Part shown: positions 4,831-10,378 of the stretch, piece by piece
Layout of the letters: every line of letters begins with the position of its first letter
Numbering within the stretch: the first letter of the stretch is position 1
Assembly (NCBI GenBank): GCA_030668825.1
Contig: DAOVET010000091.1
Coordinates: 1-10,378, forward strand
Length of the DNA: 10,378 nucleotides
Source: Candidatus Heimdallarchaeota archaeon
Lineage (GTDB): Archaea > Asgardarchaeota > Heimdallarchaeia > Heimdallarchaeales > Heimdallarchaeaceae
Direction of reading: 5' to 3'
Program-made: the position numbers and the translations under genes
The notes under the pieces: model-generated
What the model saw: only the letters and a program-made list of their open reading frames with translations
Database searches by the model: none
What the model was told of the DNA's origin: nothing

Positions 4831-7524
4831 TTGAACTTGACAAAGATTAGGGGCAAATCTAAAATGAAGCGGTTTGATGATAGAAAACTAAAACCAAAAC
4901 TTACACCAATGATGCAACAATGGCAAAAGATAAAAAATCAATACCCAGATTATGTGTTATTCTTTAGAGCCGGTGACTTCTACGAATGTTTTAATGAAGA
5001 TGCAAAAGTCGCTTCTGATATTTTAAATATCACTCTAACTGCTCGTAATATCGGAGAAAAGAAATTTCCTCTTGCTGGAGTGCCTTATCATGCAGTTGAT
5101 GCGTATATAGCAAAAATGGTTCAATCGGGAAACAAAGTAGCTATTGTTGAGCAGCTAGAAGACCCTAAATTTGCTAAGAAAATAGTCAAGAGAGGAGTAG
5201 TGCAGCTCGTAACAAGAGGAACAATCACTTTACCAGAATCTCTTGGAAAAAGTGAAAACAATTACCTCGTCTCAATTAAGAAAGAACAAGGAATCTATGG
5301 ATTAGCTGCACTTGATTTATCTACCGGTGAATTTCTAGTTGCTGATTTCAACGAAGCGAACGCTGTCAATTTACTGGAAGTTGAGCTAACAAGATTGAAA
5401 CCTTCTGAAATCATTGTTGAAGGTGAGTTGTGGAAATCTCTGAATATTTACTCAGACGCGCAACTATGTACAATTACTTACAGAGATGATTTCTTCTTTG
5501 ATATTGAACAAGGAAAAGAAAACCTTTGTCAACATTTCAATGTATTAAGTTTGGAAGGTTTCGGGATTGGTGACTATAACACTTCTACTGGTTCAGCAGG
5601 AGCAATCTTGAGTTATATTAAGGAAACACAAATGAGAGAAAATTTCTTGAATATAACTAAAATCAGCCCCATTAGTAGTCAAGACTACATGGTCTTGGAT
5701 TCAAGTACGATTAGAAATCTTGAACTCATTGAAAACCTGCGTGACAGGACTGAGTATGGAACTCTTAGGCAAGTAACAGATAATACAAGAACTTCTGCTG
5801 GTTCTCGATTGTTAACTACTTGGATTCTTCGACCTAGTCTAAAACAATCCACTATTCTAACACGAATCGATTCTACTGAAGAGTTGTTAGATGATAATAT
5901 TTTGCGTGATGAAATTCGAGATGCTTTGGGTAGAATGAATGATCTTGAAAGACTTATCAGCCGTGTATGTTTAGGTAGAAGCAAACCTCGTGATTTATTG
6001 GCACTTAGACATTCCCTGGAATTAATACCCACACTAAAAACACTACTCTCTAAAACTAAAACCTCTTTACTCCAAGAAATCAGAGAAAATCTTGATCCCG
6101 TTCAAAAGGCAGTTGATACAATTACTAAAGGAATTGAAGATGAGGTCCCTGCAAGTATCAAGGATGGCAATGTGGTAAGAGAAGGGTACAATGATGAGTT
6201 AGACGAATTAAGGAAGATACAAAAAAGTGGGAAATCTTTTCTAACTTCATTAGAAGCTAGAGAGAAAGTTCAAACTGGTATAAAGACCCTTAAGGTAAGA
6301 TTTAACAAAGTTTTTGGTTATTATATTGAGATACCCAAATCCGTTTCAGAAAATGTTCCTCCAGAATACGAACGGAAACAAACATTGGTTAATGCTGAAA
6401 GATTCATCACTCCAGAATTAAAGGAATATGAAGAAAAAATACTAAATGCAGAAGATAAGATACTTGTTTTAGAAGAACGATTATTTAACGAAATACTTGA
6501 AGAAATCAGCAAATATGCAACAGAAATTCAATCGGATGCATATAATTGTGCAGTTTTAGATGTGATAACCACCTTTGCGCAAAATGCTGTATACTATAAT
6601 TACATCAAACCAGAAATAACTGATAAGGATATATTGGAAATCAAAGGAGGACGTCACCCAGTAGTTGAACAATTACTTGAACGAACGACATTTATCCCCA
6701 ACGATACTGTTCTCAAGAAAGATTCTGAGAGAATATTGATAGTTACAGGGCCCAACATGGGTGGCAAAAGCACTTTATTAAGACAAGTGGCTTTAATTGT
6801 CTTAATGGCCCAAATTGGAAGCTTTGTTCCAGCTACTTCTGCAAAAATTGGCCTAACTGACAGGATATTCACGCGAATTGGTGCTCATGATGTTATTGTT
6901 GAAAATAGATCTACCTTTATGGTTGAGATGTATGAATGCGCAAACATTCTAAATAATGCAACAGAGAGGAGTCTAGTTATCCTAGATGAGGTTGGTAGAG
7001 GAACTTCTACATATGATGGTGTAGCCATTGCTTGGTCAATAACTGAATATCTTCACAATAATATTGGCAAGCTTGGACCAAGAACAATGTTTGCCACACA
7101 TTATCATGAACTAATAGAGTTAGAAGAATTGTGGCCTAGAGTAAAAAATTATCATGCTTCTGTTAAGAATGTTAATGGTGAAATCCACTTCTTGTACAAA
7201 GTAAAAGAAGGTGGTATAAGTGAAAGTTTTGGTGTTCATGTTGCTTCTTTAGCGGGATTGCCTAAGAAAGTTATAGAAGATGCAGATACAATGCTTTCAG
7301 TTTTACACAGACAAGATAAAAAAGAAAATGAAAAACTCGATCACAAAAAGGTCGTAAAAGGTGAGGTTAAAAAAGAAGATCAATCACTAATTGAAGAGGG
7401 TACACAACTGATAAATGAAATTTCAAGTGTTAATATTGACAGAATCACTCCAATAGAAGCTTTTAATTTATTAAACCAACTAGTAGAGAAAAGTAAGAAA
7501 TACTTTGAAAAGGATAAGAAATAA
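4831..7524 (+). CDS. mutS: DNA mismatch repair protein MutS (MutS1 type)
   Basis: TPMMQQ, mismatch-binding GDFYECF (Phe-X-Glu), AGVPYH, RHPVVE, Walker A GPNMGGKST, STFMVEM, Walker B ILDEVGRGTST, FATHYHEL, SFGVHVASLAGLP, C-terminal DRITPIEAF. Start is TTG 4831 or ATG 4864. Confidence 0.97.
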   Translation: MNLTKIRGKSKMKRFDDRKLKPKLTPMMQQWQKIKNQYPDYVLFFRAGDFYECFNEDAKVASDILNITLTARNIGEKKFPLAGVPYHAVDAYIAKMVQSGNKVAIVEQLEDPKFAKKIVKRGVVQLVTRGTITLPESLGKSENNYLVSIKKEQGIYGLAALDLSTGEFLVADFNEANAVNLLEVELTRLKPSEIIVEGELWKSLNIYSDAQLCTITYRDDFFFDIEQGKENLCQHFNVLSLEGFGIGDYNTSTGSAGAILSYIKETQMRENFLNITKISPISSQDYMVLDSSTIRNLELIENLRDRTEYGTLRQVTDNTRTSAGSRLLTTWILRPSLKQSTILTRIDSTEELLDDNILRDEIRDALGRMNDLERLISRVCLGRSKPRDLLALRHSLELIPTLKTLLSKTKTSLLQEIRENLDPVQKAVDTITKGIEDEVPASIKDGNVVREGYNDELDELRKIQKSGKSFLTSLEAREKVQTGIKTLKVRFNKVFGYYIEIPKSVSENVPPEYERKQTLVNAERFITPELKEYEEKILNAEDKILVLEERLFNEILEEISKYATEIQSDAYNCAVLDVITTFAQNAVYYNYIKPEITDKDILEIKGGRHPVVEQLLERTTFIPNDTVLKKDSERILIVTGPNMGGKSTLLRQVALIVLMAQIGSFVPATSAKIGLTDRIFTRIGAHDVIVENRSTFMVEMYECANILNNATERSLVILDEVGRGTSTYDGVAIAWSITEYLHNNIGKLGPRTMFATHYHELIELEELWPRVKNYHASVKNVNGEIHFLYKVKEGGISESFGVHVASLAGLPKKVIEDADTMLSVLHRQDKKENEKLDHKKVVKGEVKKEDQSLIEEGTQLINEISSVNIDRITPIEAFNLLNQLVEKSKKYFEKDKK

Positions 7525-7578
7525 TACGGCAATAAGTAGCTTTCTTATACTAATAAAAATGAATAGAATTTTGGTTGT

Positions 7579-9411
7579 TTGAAGAAAATGATTATTGAAC
7601 TCGATACTCTCACCATAAATAAAATTGCAGCAGGAGAGGTTATAGAGAGGCCTGCTTCTGTTGTTAAAGAAATTGTAGAAAATTCGATTGATGCTGGAAG
7701 CACTCAAATCAAAATAATCCTTCAAGAAGGGGGAAAGAAACTCATTGAAATCACAGACAATGGATCAGGAATGAACCACAATGATGCTATATTATCAATC
7801 AAACGTCATACAACGAGTAAGATTGCAAAAGCTGAAGATTTGTTCTCAATTGCAAGTTTAGGTTTTAGAGGTGAAGCCTTAGCCAGCATAGTGAGTGTTG
7901 CCCAAGTTGAAATTTTTACCAAAAGGGAAGATGATGAATTAGGGACACATATTCAAGTTGAAGGAGGTAAAATCCTTTTAGATAAAAACATCTCCGTAGC
8001 AAATGGGACTAAAATTACAGTAAGGAATTTATTTTACAATGTACCTGTAAGAAGAAAGTTTCTAAAATCTGAAACAACTGAAATGAACCATATTACAGAA
8101 TATCTCACAAAACTAGCATTAGCATTCCCAGAAATATCATTTTCCCTAGTTCATAATAATCGTAGTGTGATAACTGCTCCTAAAGGAGATCTTATCGCTC
8201 AAATAAACTCTATTTTCGGAAAAAACATTGCCAAAGCATGTATTCCAGTTTCTAGGACGGAAGAAGAATACACGGTTTCAGGTTTTATAACTAAACCAGA
8301 ATTTTCTAGAAAATCAAGGGATTATCTTTATATTTTCGTTCTAAACCGACCTATCGTAAATAAAGTAATCACAGATGCGATACTTCGTGGCTATGGTACA
8401 GCCCTACCACATAATAGGTCCCCCATAGTTTTTCTAAATATCACAATTCCAAAGAACGAAGTTGATGTCAATGTTCATCCCACGAAAAAAGAAGTTCGTT
8501 TTAGTAAAGAAGCAAAATTGTTTAGTCTAATTGAACTTGCAGTAAAAGAATCTCTAGAAAAAAGTGGATTAGAGATATTTGAAAGGGTATCAGAAACAAA
8601 ACACAAGCCCACAATGCTAGATCAACATTCAGCACCAAAAGTCGTTTCTAAGACACAACCCACCCAAATGCGGTCATCACCTTCTCCTTCTTCATCACAA
8701 GATAAAGTAGGGTATAAGGTAGTAAAAACAAGAGATAAATCGATTGATCTTTTCTTACCTTCTACTCACAGAGGAACTTCATACCAAAAGCAAGAATATT
8801 CGCCAAAACCACTGATCAAAATCCTTGGGATAATCAAGGATACCTATATTATAGCTGATACAAATGAAGGTCTTCTGTTATGTGATCAACATGCTGCGCA
8901 TGAGAAAATTAATTACATTAAATATGTTGACCAAATTAAGAGAAAAAAAATTACTGTTCAAAGTTTACTTGCACCTGTTTCAGTTAGTATAAAACCTTCA
9001 GAGTTAGAAGTTATAAATGACCTTAAGACTAAATTGAAAGAATATGGTTTTGAACTAGAAATTTTTGGTAAAAATGAGATTCTTATACGTTCAATACCTT
9101 CGATAATGGGTGTTGCTATTTCATATGAGTTGGCAAAAGACTTGATTGATATATTTAAAGAAAATATAGCCCAAATTAGCAAACAAATAGCGCCTGAAGA
9201 TTTAGATTTTATAAGAGACATAGTTTCTATCTTTGCATGTAGAAGATCCATTAAAGCTGGTGACAAAATCTCTGTTAGTGAAGCTGAATCATTGATTGAG
9301 AACCTCTTAAAATTAGAAGAGCCTTATACATGTCCTCATGGGCGTCCAACAATGGTTATCTTGAATCAGAAGTATATCGAAGAAATATTCCAAAGAGATT
9401 ACAAATCATGA
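7579..9411 (+). CDS. mutL: DNA mismatch repair endonuclease MutL
   Basis: IAAGEVIERPASVVKEIVENSIDAG, DNGSGM, GFRGEALASI, LFYNVPVRRKFL, DVNVHPTKKEV. C-terminal endonuclease motifs DQHAAHE, ACR, CPHGRP and FQR. Start is TTG 7579 or ATG 7588. Confidence 0.97.
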   Translation: MKKMIIELDTLTINKIAAGEVIERPASVVKEIVENSIDAGSTQIKIILQEGGKKLIEITDNGSGMNHNDAILSIKRHTTSKIAKAEDLFSIASLGFRGEALASIVSVAQVEIFTKREDDELGTHIQVEGGKILLDKNISVANGTKITVRNLFYNVPVRRKFLKSETTEMNHITEYLTKLALAFPEISFSLVHNNRSVITAPKGDLIAQINSIFGKNIAKACIPVSRTEEEYTVSGFITKPEFSRKSRDYLYIFVLNRPIVNKVITDAILRGYGTALPHNRSPIVFLNITIPKNEVDVNVHPTKKEVRFSKEAKLFSLIELAVKESLEKSGLEIFERVSETKHKPTMLDQHSAPKVVSKTQPTQMRSSPSPSSSQDKVGYKVVKTRDKSIDLFLPSTHRGTSYQKQEYSPKPLIKILGIIKDTYIIADTNEGLLLCDQHAAHEKINYIKYVDQIKRKKITVQSLLAPVSVSIKPSELEVINDLKTKLKEYGFELEIFGKNEILIRSIPSIMGVAISYELAKDLIDIFKENIAQISKQIAPEDLDFIRDIVSIFACRRSIKAGDKISVSEAESLIENLLKLEEPYTCPHGRPTMVILNQKYIEEIFQRDYKS

Positions 9412-9427
9412 GTAAGGTGTTAATCAA

Positions 9428-10183
9428 TTGTTAAATGAGAAGGAAAAAGAAAAATATAATCGTCAGCTCATTATCCCTGGTTTTGGTTCTAAAGGTCAAC
9501 AGAAGCTTAAATCAAGCAAAGTGCTTGTAGTAGGATTAGGTGGTTTAGGTTCAGGTGTACTTTACTATCTTGCAAGTGCGGGGATTGGTACGATAGGAAT
9601 TATTGATAAAGACAATGTTGAATTATCAAATCTTAACAGACAAATCTTACACAATGAAGAAAATTTGAATCAACCAAAAACAGATTCTGCTATTGAGAAA
9701 ATACAAAAAATGGATAAGGATATCAAAATTATACCTTATAATGAACCACTAACGCAAGAAAATGCAGAAGGAATACTATCTGGTTATGATTTTGTTGTTG
9801 AAGCCAGTGACAATTTTGAAACTAAATTTCTAATTAATGATTTTTGTATAAAGCTGGGAATACCATTTGTTATTGGTGGTGTTCTGCAATTTGAAGGACA
9901 ACTGATGACAGTACTTCCAGGGAAGTCAGCGTGTTATCGTTGCATATTCAAAGAATTACCTGAAAAAGGAAGTTACCCAACAACAGATAAAGAAGGAATT
10001 ATTGGCACAGTTGCAGGATTATTTGGGGTAATTGAGGCAAACGAAACCATAAAATACATTGTTTTTGATGATCCAGAAAAACTACTAGCCAACAAAATCC
10101 TCTATATAGAGTTAAAAAGTAATAATTTTGAAGTTTACAGCATTGAAAGAGACGAAAATTGCGTTGTTTGTTCCAAAAAATGA
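9428..10183 (+). CDS. ThiF/MoeB/HesA-family (E1-like) adenylyltransferase, no rhodanese domain
   Basis: YNRQL, GLGGLG nucleotide loop, DKDNVELSNLNRQ, SDNFETK, Zn-binding pairs CYRC and CVVC. SD-like AAGGTG at 9414-9419 precedes the TTG start. Confidence 0.94.
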   Translation: MLNEKEKEKYNRQLIIPGFGSKGQQKLKSSKVLVVGLGGLGSGVLYYLASAGIGTIGIIDKDNVELSNLNRQILHNEENLNQPKTDSAIEKIQKMDKDIKIIPYNEPLTQENAEGILSGYDFVVEASDNFETKFLINDFCIKLGIPFVIGGVLQFEGQLMTVLPGKSACYRCIFKELPEKGSYPTTDKEGIIGTVAGLFGVIEANETIKYIVFDDPEKLLANKILYIELKSNNFEVYSIERDENCVVCSKK

Positions 10184-10260
10184 CTGTGATTCAGCATAAT
10201 AATTTTTTTGGCTTAAAAAAATGATTTAAAAGATGGAAAAAGTGATGATATTTGAAATCA

Positions 10261-10378
10261 ATGAAAAAGGAAACAATTGAACCTGAAGAACAAGAGGATT
10301 TATTCAAATATACACCTCTTCAACGTCTTCTTGGTCACCATTTACTAGATAAACAAAGTTTTACAAATATGCCCAAGG
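10261..10378 (+). CDS. Hypothetical protein, N-terminal fragment
   Basis: MKKETIEPEEQEDLFKYTPLQRLLGHHLLDKQSFTNMPK is open to the window edge. In-frame TTG at 10252, preceded by GTGA at 10242-10245, is an alternative start. Confidence 0.6.
   Translation, partial: MKKETIEPEEQEDLFKYTPLQRLLGHHLLDKQSFTNMPK

Noticed and set aside
4831-7524. MutS2 or MSH4/5-type assignment
   Set aside because: Mismatch-binding domain I with Phe-X-Glu is present, there is no Smr domain, and mutL is adjacent.
4541-9266. Minus-strand ORFs at 4541-4738, 5685-6032, 6321-6512, 6654-6872, 7480-7725 and 8958-9266
   Set aside because: Antisense shadows of deoC, mutS and mutL.
10181-10183. Selenocysteine readthrough of the TGA ending the E1-like gene
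   Set aside because: The domain is complete after the final CxxC and another in-frame stop follows within a few codons.

Overview
Low-GC archaeal chromosomal window, most likely Asgard (inferred from a ribophorin I homologue). Left: a long minus-strand ORF missing from the supplied ORF track (1896 to <1, at least 632 aa) that matches ribophorin I (RPN1/Ost1, an oligosaccharyltransferase subunit). Divergent from it is a signal-peptide-bearing clan CD cysteine peptidase with mixed metacaspase (C14) and legumain (C13) features. This peptidase gene is bracketed by a diverged direct repeat of at least 51 bp. A 717-bp intergenic region follows and holds a GC-enriched island with nested inverted repeats. 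Right: a tight plus-strand cluster deoC-mutS-mutL-ThiF/MoeB-family E1-like gene, then the start of another CDS. The E1-like protein has Thr in place of the usual catalytic-loop Cys. All assignments come from manual translation and remembered motifs; no searches were run.
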